Virus record (IMG/VR): IMGVR_UViG_3300005077_000001
Coordinates: 32,001 to 96,000 of that record
DNA length: 64,000 nt
Source of the DNA: a virus
Lineage: Duplodnaviria; Caudoviricetes
Direction: 5' to 3' (one strand)
Positions 26,584-36,748 of this stretch are shown here, piece by piece; within the stretch, counting starts at the first letter, position 1, and every line of letters begins with the position of its first letter. Below the pieces are notes generated by a model, which worked only from the letters and a program-made list of their open reading frames with translations, was not told the DNA's origin and ran no database searches. The position numbers and the translations under genes are program-made.

Positions 26584-27609
26584 ATGGAAGTAAATAGAGA
26601 AGCATATGCTTATGGGGTAGGGTTGGATGTTGGGACATCCATGATAGTGAGAGCAAGAAAATTGAAGAGTGGGAACGTGGAGTATCTTTCGCAACGCGAT
26701 TCTTTTCTAGAAATCGAGCCAGTTTCGGAATTAAATAGAAAAATGATTCAAAAATCGTTAGATGCACGGCAAGCCTTTTATTTATACAAAGATAATAAAT
26801 TCTATATTGTGGGGCAACACTCAATTTCTGTGGCAAACGAACGTGGAGTTAATGTAGAACGCCCTTTAAAACAAGGGGTCCTTAGTGCAAAAGATAAGAA
26901 TTCTTTTCCTATGCTTGCCAAGATTTTAGAGGTTCTCGTCGGACCGCCACTAGTGGATAGGGAAAAATGTTATTTTTCATTTCCGGCGGACCCTATCGAT
27001 GCTGAATTTGACTCTATATATCATCAGCGTATTATTGGGACTATTTTAGACAATATGGGCTATGAAGCAACTCCTATTTTAGAAGCAGAAGCCTTGGGTT
27101 ACTCAGAATTATTAGACGAGGGGCTTACCGGTATGGCTTTGTCTTTCGGGGCAGGGCAAACTAATTGTGCTATCTTGCATTTAGGTAGTGTGGTTTTATC
27201 GGCTTCAGTGGCGAGGGGCGGTGATTGGATTGATAAAAAGGTTGCTGAAAAGTTAGATTTGGCAGATACTACAGTCCAAGCTGAAAAAGAAGGAGGTATT
27301 TCTTTAATAAACCCTGATGGTAAAATACAAGAAGCAATTGCTATCTATTACGATAACTTAATAAACTACGTTTGTGATAAATTAAAATATAAATTTTCTA
27401 TTACAAGAGGAATTCCTAAATTTAAGGAACCTATTACAGTAGTAATTTCTGGAGGAACTACATTATGTGAAGGATTTGATAGCAAAATAGAGGTTGCGTT
27501 AAGAGAACGTCACTTTGAACAGTTTGGTATTCAAATTGGCGCAATTAAGAAAGCGTCTGACCCGCTAACAGCTGTATCTGGGGGGTGCCTAATTGCAAGC
27601 GAAATTTAA
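26584..27609 (+). CDS. actin-fold ATPase (MreB/ParM/FtsA superfamily)
   Basis: Phosphate-1 GLDVGTS; connect-1 EAEAL; phosphate-2 SFGAGQT; RGGDWID; adenosine VISGGTT; connect-2 DPLTAVSGG. Confidence 0.85.
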   Translation: MEVNREAYAYGVGLDVGTSMIVRARKLKSGNVEYLSQRDSFLEIEPVSELNRKMIQKSLDARQAFYLYKDNKFYIVGQHSISVANERGVNVERPLKQGVLSAKDKNSFPMLAKILEVLVGPPLVDREKCYFSFPADPIDAEFDSIYHQRIIGTILDNMGYEATPILEAEALGYSELLDEGLTGMALSFGAGQTNCAILHLGSVVLSASVARGGDWIDKKVAEKLDLADTTVQAEKEGGISLINPDGKIQEAIAIYYDNLINYVCDKLKYKFSITRGIPKFKEPITVVISGGTTLCEGFDSKIEVALRERHFEQFGIQIGAIKKASDPLTAVSGGCLIASEI

Positions 27610-28273
27610 TAGACACACTAAAAAATGTTGTACTTGTAAAGAAATTAAAAATATAGATAGTTTTGCTAAGAATAAAACTTGTATTGATGGCCTACAATAT
27701 GAATGTAAGCTTTGTTTTAATATTAGAAATAAAAAACGAAGACAGAAAAATAAACAGAATGGTTTGTGTATTTGTTGTGGTAAAGAGTTAGATAGCTGCA
27801 ATGTTACTTGCTTAAAGTGTAGTAAAAAACATTCACTTCTTGAAAAAAATAGAAAAAATAAAAGAAAAATAGAAAAAAAATGCACTATTTGTGAGCTGCC
27901 TGTTTTAAATGGGCATACTCAATGCGCTGAATGCTTGGATAAAGCAAATAAACGGTCTAAGGAACTGATTTTAAAATTTAGTAAAAAAGTAGGAGGTTAC
28001 TTTAATAATATTTGTCAAATATGCCAAGAACAATCTACACATTATGAGGTATTTCAATGCCATCATCTACACCCTTCTGAAAAAATAAAAGATGTATCTA
28101 AAATGGTGCATAAAGATTGGGATTCAGTTGTTGCTCCAGAACTTGAGAAATGTATATACCTGTGTTCAAATTGCCATGCTCGACTCCACGCAGGTCGTTT
28201 TGATGAAGACATAAACTCAGGTAAATTAATTCTTACACCAGGAAAAGTAGAAGGAATAAACTATGAAAATTGA
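27593..28273 (+). CDS. HNH endonuclease with Zn-binding repeats
   Basis: FQCHHLHPSEK...ELEKCIYLCSNCHARLH; same architecture as 9236-9760. Confidence 0.85.
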   Translation: MQAKFNRHTKKCCTCKEIKNIDSFAKNKTCIDGLQYECKLCFNIRNKKRRQKNKQNGLCICCGKELDSCNVTCLKCSKKHSLLEKNRKNKRKIEKKCTICELPVLNGHTQCAECLDKANKRSKELILKFSKKVGGYFNNICQICQEQSTHYEVFQCHHLHPSEKIKDVSKMVHKDWDSVVAPELEKCIYLCSNCHARLHAGRFDEDINSGKLILTPGKVEGINYEN

Positions 28274-28568
28274 TGCTCCAATAACAATGAATGGTTGGGC
28301 GTGCATTACAGAAGATGGGGATGTTTGTTTTGGTGAAGCAGAGTCTTCCTGTGACGAATGCCCAGATAGAGAAACAAATGAATGTGTTCCTGTAGTTGTA
28401 GAAATAATACCTACAAATGAATATGCAGATAGACAGTTACGAATAGATACTATGAATGATACTCATAATTCTTATAAAGAAGCACTTGAACGCATAAAGT
28501 TGGATGTTCAAGATTTGAAGAAATCATTAAATAATATACCGAAAGGATTAAAGGATGATAGACGATAG
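28263..28568 (+). CDS. hypothetical protein
   Basis: Tiled ORF. Confidence 0.6.
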   Translation: MKIDAPITMNGWACITEDGDVCFGEAESSCDECPDRETNECVPVVVEIIPTNEYADRQLRIDTMNDTHNSYKEALERIKLDVQDLKKSLNNIPKGLKDDRR

Positions 28569-28788
28569 TAGAGGAATGACTCCTGAAAGGAAAAAGTACA
28601 TACAAAATCATCGTAAACAAGCAGATATATATGGTAATTCTTTACCCTATGAGATAGGTAAACCTAAAAAAGGTAGACCTAGGAATGTTGTTATTGAATG
28701 TCCTAAATGCCAGCATGTAATCTTTGTGAGTAAAGTAACATCGTGTGTCATATGCTCTTGTGGTGAATTTATAAATTTGGAGGATTAA
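28555..28788 (+). CDS. zinc-ribbon protein
   Basis: CPKC...CSC. Confidence 0.6.
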   Translation: MIDDSRGMTPERKKYIQNHRKQADIYGNSLPYEIGKPKKGRPRNVVIECPKCQHVIFVSKVTSCVICSCGEFINLED

Positions 28789-28790
28789 GA

Positions 28791-29291
28791 TTGGAAGAAG
28801 ACACTAACTATATTGAACATCATTTTCGTGTAATTGATGGAAAAATAAATAGTGGTAACATTAATAATAAGAAAAGAGGTCGGAGAAAAGGGTATAAGCA
28901 TACCGACGAAACTAAAGATAAGATAGCTGATAAAATGAAAGATAGAACAAAAACTGATGAAGAAAAACAAAAAATCTCTGATAAGTTGAAGGGTAGAAAA
29001 AAAAGCCTTGTAACTATCAAGAAAATATCAATAAAGAAAAGAAAAACTTGGCCCGCAGATGATTTATTAAAAGACTATATGAATCCTTCTAGAAAAGAGG
29101 ATAGAGAGTGGTTAAATAATAATTCAAATGACGAAGAAAGACAAGAATTATTAGATTGGATTATAGAAAACCATGATCAATTCAATGAAATAGCAGAGGA
29201 TGTAAAAACTTATAAAGATTTAAAATCTGATTCTATGCGAGAACAAGTAGAACTAGTAGAGCAGTACAACGATGTCAGACAAAAATCATAA
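28791..29291 (+). CDS. NUMOD3-motif DNA-binding protein without nuclease domain
   Basis: KGYKHTDETKDKIADKMK; KTDEEKQKISDKLKGRKKS. Confidence 0.6.
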   Translation: MEEDTNYIEHHFRVIDGKINSGNINNKKRGRRKGYKHTDETKDKIADKMKDRTKTDEEKQKISDKLKGRKKSLVTIKKISIKKRKTWPADDLLKDYMNPSRKEDREWLNNNSNDEERQELLDWIIENHDQFNEIAEDVKTYKDLKSDSMREQVELVEQYNDVRQKS

Positions 29292-29865
29292 TTATAATCC
29301 AAAATCGAGAGATAATTTAAAACAATACGGAGGAAGTTCCAAGAAAGTAAGGAATTACGAAGAGAAGTTTGAAAAGTTTATTAAAGAGAAAAAACTTTTA
29401 TTAACATTAGATATGTTGAAAGATCTGATTCCGTATGAAGATATTTTTAAGGACAAAGAAACACCTCAGTTTTTTAATATTTTAATGTTACACTTAGAAG
29501 ATTATGCTGGAGAAATAACTTTAAGTACTTCAGATTTACATGATATTATAAATATTTGTAATTTAACTATTTTGAAATATAGAGTAATAAAGGATTCAAA
29601 AACTCAAGGTGAGATAAAAGATGCTGTAAAATTTATTGAATCCATAGATAAATCTATTGAAAAAGCAAAGACAAATTTAGGAGCTAATCGCTCTGCTCGT
29701 GTTGACCCTAAAATAAAAAAGAATACAACCGTTGTAGATTTAATCGGAGAATATGATACTAAGACAGGTAGGAATAGAGCTTTAAGAGATATACAAAAGA
29801 TGTTGGAACAAGAAGATGATGTTGAAGGGTATGCAACGTCAATGGAGGAAGTAATAGAATATTAA
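29272..29865 (+). CDS. putative terminase small subunit
   Basis: Position immediately 5' of terL; helical; NPKSRDNLKQY N-terminal motif; positional inference only. Confidence 0.45.
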   Translation: MSDKNHNYNPKSRDNLKQYGGSSKKVRNYEEKFEKFIKEKKLLLTLDMLKDLIPYEDIFKDKETPQFFNILMLHLEDYAGEITLSTSDLHDIINICNLTILKYRVIKDSKTQGEIKDAVKFIESIDKSIEKAKTNLGANRSARVDPKIKKNTTVVDLIGEYDTKTGRNRALRDIQKMLEQEDDVEGYATSMEEVIEY

Positions 29866-31544
29866 TGAGTACTATTAAAGATGCTGCTTCTTGGGCGGTG
29901 GAAACTTGGAGAGCTAATCCATCTTTCGCCGCCAAAGAATTATTAAATGTAGAATTAATTCCTATTCAAAGAGTTGTGTTGAATAGGTTTTGGGTAGCTC
30001 GTAACGGAATTGCTTTAGCTTGTCGTGGTTATGGGAAGACATATAAAGCAGCTACTTTAGCTATTTTGCAAGCTTTGTTATTTCCAGGTCGTAGAGTTGG
30101 TTGCTTGTCTGCTTCTTTTCGTCAGGCAAAACAAATATTTGAAGAGATTAAGAATATTTGGCAAAATTCTCGTTTGTTACAACAATGCACTATATCTCGC
30201 CCCACAATCAGTAACGATTCCTGCTGGTTAGAATTTAAACCAGTTCCAGGAATGAAACCTTCCAAAATTGTTGCTCTCCCCTTATCAGATGGTTCTAAAA
30301 TAAGAGGTCAACGCTTTTACGTTCTATTAATAGACGAATGTGTACATGTACCTGAATTTGTTTTTAATACAGTATTGCGTCCAATGGCAGCAACTAAACA
30401 GAATCCTGTGCAGTCAATGAAGATAATGGAAGAGAGAGAACGAATTCTATCTTTAGGATTAGACAATGATTTAGAGGCAGAAAAATTAGCTGAACTAGAC
30501 GCACTGGATATCTCTAACCAAATATACATGTTTACTTCAGGGTATTATTCATTTAATTATGTATACAACATGTATAAGAACTACTCTAATCGTATGCATG
30601 GCTTGGAATCAGACCATAGACCCTCTGATTTTGCTACTTTTCAGATTCCATCTAAAGCAATACCAAAGGGGTTTTTAGATCCAGATGCTTTAAAATTAGC
30701 TGAGGCAGACATGTCTCCTATAGAGTTTGCTATGGAGTATAATGCAGCTTGGATATCTGATTCAGGTGGGTTTTTTAGAGTTCATCATATTGAACAATGT
30801 AGAGCAGAAAATTTAGGACTTGATTGTTCTATTCATGTCAAAGGGGAGTCAGATAAGTTTTATATAATGACTATGGACCCTGCTCGTACTATGGCAAATA
30901 AATTTGCTATTTTAATTAGTGAGTGGGATTTAAATAGAGGAATTCGAATAGTGCATGCGGAACAATATCTAGATACACCTACTCCAGATATGGTAGATAG
31001 AATATATCAATTATGTAGAGAATTTAATATAATGCGTATAGATATTGATGCTGGTGGCGGTGGTAGAGAAATATCTGACTATCTTGCTAGAGGTAAGGAT
31101 GGTGCTGAACCTATTTACGATATGGAAGATGAAGCCTTTTGGCGTCTTAAAGGAAGACATATATTAAGAAAAATTAATTTTAGCTCAGATTGGATTAATT
31201 CTGCTAACCACAGGGCATTGAATATGCTGGAACGAAGAAAGATTGTTTTCCCCCGAGCGCCAATTGAGGGAGGAAGTGACTTAGAAGTTAAGAGGCGGCA
31301 TGAATCTTATACAAATTGTGAAACTATGATTAAACAAATATTAAATATAAAAACAAAACAAACTCCCAGTGGGTTATTGAAGTTTGATTTGCCAGATACT
31401 GGCGGAGGCTTCGTAAAACATAAAGACTTATATTCAGCATTTTTATTGGCTTGTAACTTAGCTTATGATTTAGAAGAATCAGGATTAAGAAAGAAAAGCC
31501 CAATGCTACACACAGGACTAATAATTCCAGTAGGGAGCTGGTAA
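29865..31544 (+). CDS. terL: terminase large subunit
   Basis: Walker A CRGYGKT; IRGQR; Walker B LLIDE; nuclease MTMDPA and HKDLYSA. Confidence 0.92.
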   Translation: MSTIKDAASWAVETWRANPSFAAKELLNVELIPIQRVVLNRFWVARNGIALACRGYGKTYKAATLAILQALLFPGRRVGCLSASFRQAKQIFEEIKNIWQNSRLLQQCTISRPTISNDSCWLEFKPVPGMKPSKIVALPLSDGSKIRGQRFYVLLIDECVHVPEFVFNTVLRPMAATKQNPVQSMKIMEERERILSLGLDNDLEAEKLAELDALDISNQIYMFTSGYYSFNYVYNMYKNYSNRMHGLESDHRPSDFATFQIPSKAIPKGFLDPDALKLAEADMSPIEFAMEYNAAWISDSGGFFRVHHIEQCRAENLGLDCSIHVKGESDKFYIMTMDPARTMANKFAILISEWDLNRGIRIVHAEQYLDTPTPDMVDRIYQLCREFNIMRIDIDAGGGGREISDYLARGKDGAEPIYDMEDEAFWRLKGRHILRKINFSSDWINSANHRALNMLERRKIVFPRAPIEGGSDLEVKRRHESYTNCETMIKQILNIKTKQTPSGLLKFDLPDTGGGFVKHKDLYSAFLLACNLAYDLEESGLRKKSPMLHTGLIIPVGSW

Positions 31545-31555
31545 GGAGATAAAAA

Positions 31556-33349
31556 ATGGATTTTGATGCTATAGCAAAAGAACTCAATACTAAATACGAA
31601 AATATAACGATTCGTAGTATTAAGCCTAGTGATAAAGAAGGGCAATACGTAATGGAAGTGCGCCCTCATTTGGCTTATTTAGAGCATGGTAGAGCTATAC
31701 CTACCCCTGCTGAATATGCTAACAGAGCATCTGCTTCTGTAATGTATAATGATGCTTTGATGAAAATGCAAGTGGATAGAGCATTAACTGATTTCAGTAA
31801 TGAGAAACCGCATAATTTATATGAATTAGTGACTAAGTATTATTGGACTAAAGATGTGTTTGGTTCTTTTATTGATACTTTAGTATATTTTGCTGCTAGT
31901 GGATTTCATAATGATTGCCCTGATGAAGACATCAAAGCTTTCTATGACCATTGGTGCTATGATGTAAAAATAAGAAAAATATTAGACCAGATTTTTCTAG
32001 AATGCTTTCGTACTGGATTCGTTCGTACTTACAGAGTAATTGGTAAATACGAGCCTGGGATAAGCCCTCTTCCTCCATTAAAAGGCAAAGGTAGTAAAGG
32101 AGCTATTCCTATTGCGTATCAAGTTCTTAATCCGCTAACAATTGAAATTGTTGGTCCTTTGTGGCTTGGGCAATCTCGTGTGTCTATGAAAGTAGATGAA
32201 AATATGAAACAGTTAATGGAAAAGCCTGAGTATAAATTAACACAAGAAGAAAAAACTTTACTTACAAATTTACCTGCTCCTATAAAGAAAGCAATTAAGG
32301 AGGGGGAAGATATTATCTTTGATGCAGCACAGGTTGGAGCTATAGATTTTATGAAGATGGATTATGAACGGTATCCCGTTCCTTTAGGTACGAGAGCTTT
32401 TTATGCTTTAGATTACAGAGATGCTTTACGTACTGCGGATTTTAGTGCTGTTAATAGTATAACTCATGAAATATTAAAAGTAACAATTGGTAATGATGAA
32501 TTTCCTGTTACAGGTCCTGAGCAATTAGAAGCTGTAGCCGAGATGTTCAATACCCCAGAAAGAGCATTCCAAGTTTTTTGGAATCACACTCTTCAGATAG
32601 AACGTATTTCCGCTGAAAATACTGATAAAATATTTGGTAAATCGAAGTTTGAACAAGTAAATAGAGATATATCAGGCTCTTTTGGTATTATTCGTGCAAT
32701 GGTAGATGGTATTGTTGAAGGGGATACTAACAGTGAAGCTATTAAATTAGCAGTTAAAACAGTTTTAGCTAAATTAAACTATGCTCGTCGTCTAGTTGCA
32801 GATTGGTTAGAAGAGGAATATGTTTATATTGCTAATGTTAATAAGTTTGATATAATACCTAGTGTAAGGTTTGATGAGTATGAACTTCAAGATACACTTG
32901 CGATTAAGAACTACTTAATGGGCTTAGCTGACCGTAGAATAGTGTCCTATAAAACAATACAGGAAGAATTAGGGTATAGTTCTTCTTATGAGCAAGAAAC
33001 AATGAAAACTGAATTTCCAGATGTTATTGCAGGGTATCTTGGGATTAAAGGTAGTCCTTACCAAGGAAATTCTGGAATGCTGGGTGGGAATCAGCCTATA
33101 CAGGGTACTCCTAAAGGTACCCCATCTACCGGCCGACCTAAAAACCAGCCATCTCGCAAGAAACCGAAGCCAGCAACCCCGGAAGGAAAAACGAAATATC
33201 AAATAAAAACTGGACCAAAAAGAAAAGCCGCATCTTTGGAAGATATAGAGAATTTAGTTTTGAATATGGGGTCGGAAGAACTAGAAAACCTTGAGCAATC
33301 AATTAAGAATTTAAAAGATATAAAGGAAAAGGAAAAAAATGGGGAGTAA
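31556..33349 (+). CDS. portal protein
   Basis: Directly after terL; ~600 aa helical protein with low-complexity C-tail. Confidence 0.75.
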   Translation: MDFDAIAKELNTKYENITIRSIKPSDKEGQYVMEVRPHLAYLEHGRAIPTPAEYANRASASVMYNDALMKMQVDRALTDFSNEKPHNLYELVTKYYWTKDVFGSFIDTLVYFAASGFHNDCPDEDIKAFYDHWCYDVKIRKILDQIFLECFRTGFVRTYRVIGKYEPGISPLPPLKGKGSKGAIPIAYQVLNPLTIEIVGPLWLGQSRVSMKVDENMKQLMEKPEYKLTQEEKTLLTNLPAPIKKAIKEGEDIIFDAAQVGAIDFMKMDYERYPVPLGTRAFYALDYRDALRTADFSAVNSITHEILKVTIGNDEFPVTGPEQLEAVAEMFNTPERAFQVFWNHTLQIERISAENTDKIFGKSKFEQVNRDISGSFGIIRAMVDGIVEGDTNSEAIKLAVKTVLAKLNYARRLVADWLEEEYVYIANVNKFDIIPSVRFDEYELQDTLAIKNYLMGLADRRIVSYKTIQEELGYSSSYEQETMKTEFPDVIAGYLGIKGSPYQGNSGMLGGNQPIQGTPKGTPSTGRPKNQPSRKKPKPATPEGKTKYQIKTGPKRKAASLEDIENLVLNMGSEELENLEQSIKNLKDIKEKEKNGE

Positions 33350-34448
33350 CCTAAACAGGTGGACCGATGAAGATACTGAATTAGCTCTTAATAACTATGA
33401 TTCAAAATCTACTAAAGAATTATATCTTTTGTTTTCTAAGTTTAGTAAATCTACTGTAAGAAATAATCTGCATAAGATAGGGTTAAAAGTAAAAACTAAT
33501 GAATGGACTCCAAAAGAAGATTCCTTCTTATTAAATAATAGTCACATGACTTGTAATGAGCAGTCCAAATACTTAAATAGAACTGTACAGGCAATTGCAG
33601 CTAGACGTAGCCATTTACAAGCACTTAAATCCTATAGTTGGTCTATTGAAGAAGAGTCTTTGTTAAGGGATAATTCTTATAATACTCCTACATCTGAATT
33701 AAATAAGCTATTACCTCGTAGAACAAAAATGTCTATTAATAGGAGAATACACGTATTAGGTTTAAGTGGAAATCGATATGAAGCATCTTCTAAAGCTTCT
33801 AGAAAATATACATTTGATTTTGATTTTTTTAATGAACCAAATATAATGAACTCTGGATATGCAGGGTTTATTGCAGCAGATGGGTGTATTGTTACAAATG
33901 AAAATTGTGTGAAAATAGGAATTAGTTCAAGAGATATCTCTTATTTATATAGTTTAAAAGAAGATATAAATTATGATGGCCCTATTAAAGAATATACTTT
34001 TTTTAATAAAAAAATAAATGGGGATATGGATATATGTGTTATAGAATTACACCATAAAGATACTATAAAGGATTTAAAAACTAATTTTAATATTGTTCCT
34101 AGAAAAACTTTTATTTTAAATCCGCCTGTTGGATTATCATTAGAAAACTCTTTAGCATACATTGTAGGTTATATTGATGGGGATGGGAGTATTTCTATTA
34201 AGAAAAACAAGTTAGTTTTAAGTCTATGTGGAGCTTCTTTAAACGTATTGGTTTATTTTAAAAAATTATTCGATAAATTAGTACCTACTCATAAATCTTA
34301 TGCTAATATAAATAAATACACAACTACGGTATATGAATATAAAATTGGAGGAAAAAGAGCAGCAGAAATTCTTGGTATTCTATATGAATTACCCATTACA
34401 AAACTAGAACGTAAATGGAACAAAGTCCGTGACTTTTTAGATAATTAA
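33339..34448 (+). CDS. LAGLIDADG homing endonuclease with Myb/SANT-like repeats
   Basis: WTDEDT/WTPKED/WSIEEE repeats; AGFIAADGCI; VGYIDGDGSI; LERKW. Confidence 0.85.
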   Translation: MGSNLNRWTDEDTELALNNYDSKSTKELYLLFSKFSKSTVRNNLHKIGLKVKTNEWTPKEDSFLLNNSHMTCNEQSKYLNRTVQAIAARRSHLQALKSYSWSIEEESLLRDNSYNTPTSELNKLLPRRTKMSINRRIHVLGLSGNRYEASSKASRKYTFDFDFFNEPNIMNSGYAGFIAADGCIVTNENCVKIGISSRDISYLYSLKEDINYDGPIKEYTFFNKKINGDMDICVIELHHKDTIKDLKTNFNIVPRKTFILNPPVGLSLENSLAYIVGYIDGDGSISIKKNKLVLSLCGASLNVLVYFKKLFDKLVPTHKSYANINKYTTTVYEYKIGGKRAAEILGILYELPITKLERKWNKVRDFLDN

Positions 34449-34488
34449 TCAACTTAATAATAATATTTAGTAATCTTAAGTAGGAGTT

Positions 34489-35895
34489 ATGATAATGAAA
34501 AAATTTTACTCTAAAATTGGTTTTCCTATTAATGTTTATAATGACAAGGAGTTTAGTAGTGTGGATTATAAACACATAGTATCTGCTTTAAATTTACCGC
34601 AGATTACTTCTAAAGACCTTGCTCCATTATTTGGAAAAATGGTGGAGACTGGTGGTAATAAGAATATGGCTTGGTTTGACACCAGTGAATTAATAAAACC
34701 CGATACATTTAATTCTATTGACTATAAAGCTCTGACTGATAATCATGAAGAACAATCTGTTGTGGGTTTTATATTAGCACATAAGTATGTTGACAAGTCC
34801 AACAACAAAATATTGGAATATGCAGATATAGAAAAACTAAATGGTAATAGATTAAAGAATCTAAATTTAGATATTATAATTGGAGGTTTTCTATTTTCAG
34901 ATAGATTTGTGGAATTAGCATCAGAAGCCTCTATTCCTACCAAAGCTCTAAGTATGGAATGTTATTATGAAAATTTCTTATTAAAGTTAGACGATCTTTT
35001 GCTGAGTCAAGAAGAAGCTGCAGCATTAGGTCTTTCCCATTTTATGGATAGAATTATGGATAATTTTAGTTCAATGGAAGAATGCCTAAAAGCACATAGT
35101 CTTAAAGTTATTGCGGGGAATGGTACAGAAGGGGATATTCTAGTGTATAAATATTTAACTGGGATTTTATTCAATGGCTGTGGTCTAGTTTCGAGTCCTG
35201 CATGCCCTTCTTGCACTATAATTCCTAACGAATCAATGGTTGCAGATGAACTTAAAATGGCCGCTTCACAAATTGTACCAGAATTCTCTTTAGATTTAAG
35301 AAAAATAGATAGATACATGAAAGCGTATCAACTTGATAATAAAATAACAACTAATTGTAGGTGTAAAGAAATGCAAGAAGAACCAAAAGATAATGCAGAT
35401 TTAAAAGAAGTAGCGGACCCAGGAGTTCCTCCAAGTATGAATCCTCCTTTTGCTGGTGATACTCCTCCTGATTCTACTCAAACATATACTCCGTCTCCTC
35501 AGGCTAACCCTGATGTTAGACCTGGTTTTTGTGTACAATTTCGTAACCATGTATACAAATTAGAAAAAGACGGTAGTTCTGTTCAAGAGGATTTAATTCA
35601 ATTAGATTCATGGTGTTTACGGAATGACGTAAAATGTGAGGTTGGTGGTGATGCTTCTCAAAAAGGATGTGTGCGTTGGGCACAAAATGACGAAGGTGAT
35701 TTAGTTTGGGATGGCGATGATAACTACCAAGCGATAGAAGTAGACGGCGTTACTTATTTTGATAAAGCCGAAGTTGATACTTTAATAGAGGATTATAAGA
35801 AGAAGTTTAAGAGAGCAAGTTTAAATAAATTTGAAGCTTTGATTCATAATCATAAAGCTTTCTTAGCAAGTATTGAGCCAGACTCGGAGGAATAA
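34489..35895 (+). CDS. putative prohead protease
   Basis: After portal; DNH..., ALSMECYY (candidate catalytic Ser), GCGLVSSPA. Confidence 0.55.
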   Translation: MIMKKFYSKIGFPINVYNDKEFSSVDYKHIVSALNLPQITSKDLAPLFGKMVETGGNKNMAWFDTSELIKPDTFNSIDYKALTDNHEEQSVVGFILAHKYVDKSNNKILEYADIEKLNGNRLKNLNLDIIIGGFLFSDRFVELASEASIPTKALSMECYYENFLLKLDDLLLSQEEAAALGLSHFMDRIMDNFSSMEECLKAHSLKVIAGNGTEGDILVYKYLTGILFNGCGLVSSPACPSCTIIPNESMVADELKMAASQIVPEFSLDLRKIDRYMKAYQLDNKITTNCRCKEMQEEPKDNADLKEVADPGVPPSMNPPFAGDTPPDSTQTYTPSPQANPDVRPGFCVQFRNHVYKLEKDGSSVQEDLIQLDSWCLRNDVKCEVGGDASQKGCVRWAQNDEGDLVWDGDDNYQAIEVDGVTYFDKAEVDTLIEDYKKKFKRASLNKFEALIHNHKAFLASIEPDSEE

Positions 35896-35908
35896 TTAGG
35901 AATTTGAT

Positions 35909-36394
35909 ATGACTAACAGATCAGTTGGGATTAATACGCAGAATGCGGATAATTGGGTTGCTGCTATTACCGCAGCCGAAGAAGCAGATGGGCATACAAG
36001 ATTAATTCAGCTTATTTCTGTGGTTGCCGGTAAAATAGATGAATCAATAGGAAGTCCTGCACGAACAGTTGCTTCCAATGATAGTTTAGATATAACTACA
36101 GTTTCTGGAAATGTGCTAGTTGGTGATTCATCATATATGAGTATGTATATACAGCATAGCCAAGAAGATGGAAGCTGTTTGGTAACTCCTTTATTATGTG
36201 ATAATGATGGGGTTACTATTGGATGTCTTGATTCTAAAGTTTCTAGGGTTTCGGCACCTTTAAAAACAGGTTCTTATTATTTGAGTTCACATTTGTCGTG
36301 GGATATACGGGAAACAGGAGCATATAAATGTTTCCCACACATTTATAATTTATCAAGTTCAAATATAATTAAATGTTGGATTTTTTTAATTTAA
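35909..36394 (+). CDS. small beta-rich virion-type protein
   Basis: First gene of fibre block; composition and position only. Confidence 0.55.
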   Translation: MTNRSVGINTQNADNWVAAITAAEEADGHTRLIQLISVVAGKIDESIGSPARTVASNDSLDITTVSGNVLVGDSSYMSMYIQHSQEDGSCLVTPLLCDNDGVTIGCLDSKVSRVSAPLKTGSYYLSSHLSWDIRETGAYKCFPHIYNLSSSNIIKCWIFLI

Positions 36395-36406
36395 GGGAGA
36401 CTTAAA

Positions 36407-36742
36407 ATGACAATCTATGATAGGTACAGCACAAGAACATCTGATTATCCCAAGCCATTTGAAAATTATAATTTTGTAGAATTTACTGTGGCTAGTGGGG
36501 TAGTAGATTATGATGTAAATGCAGAGACTGATTTATTTAATAAAATAAAAACTTCCAATGATACCTTCATATGGGTTTATGACAATAATATTGAAGCAAA
36601 GCTATCTTCTATTACAAATGCTGCAATTTTAATGGATGCTGACACTTATATGAACTTTCCTACAATTAATATTACTAATGTTTATATAACTGCATCTGGA
36701 GGAGACGCTAGAGTTAGGATGATGATTTGCGGCTGGAGGTAA
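36407..36742 (+). CDS. small beta-rich virion-type protein
   Basis: GGGAG RBS; VASG/TASG motifs. Confidence 0.55.
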   Translation: MTIYDRYSTRTSDYPKPFENYNFVEFTVASGVVDYDVNAETDLFNKIKTSNDTFIWVYDNNIEAKLSSITNAAILMDADTYMNFPTINITNVYITASGGDARVRMMICGWR

Positions 36743-36748
36743 TTAGAG

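Noticed and set aside
29865-31544. Intein in terminase or other core genes
   Set aside because: Normal length; no C-start/HN-end splice motifs or embedded endonuclease
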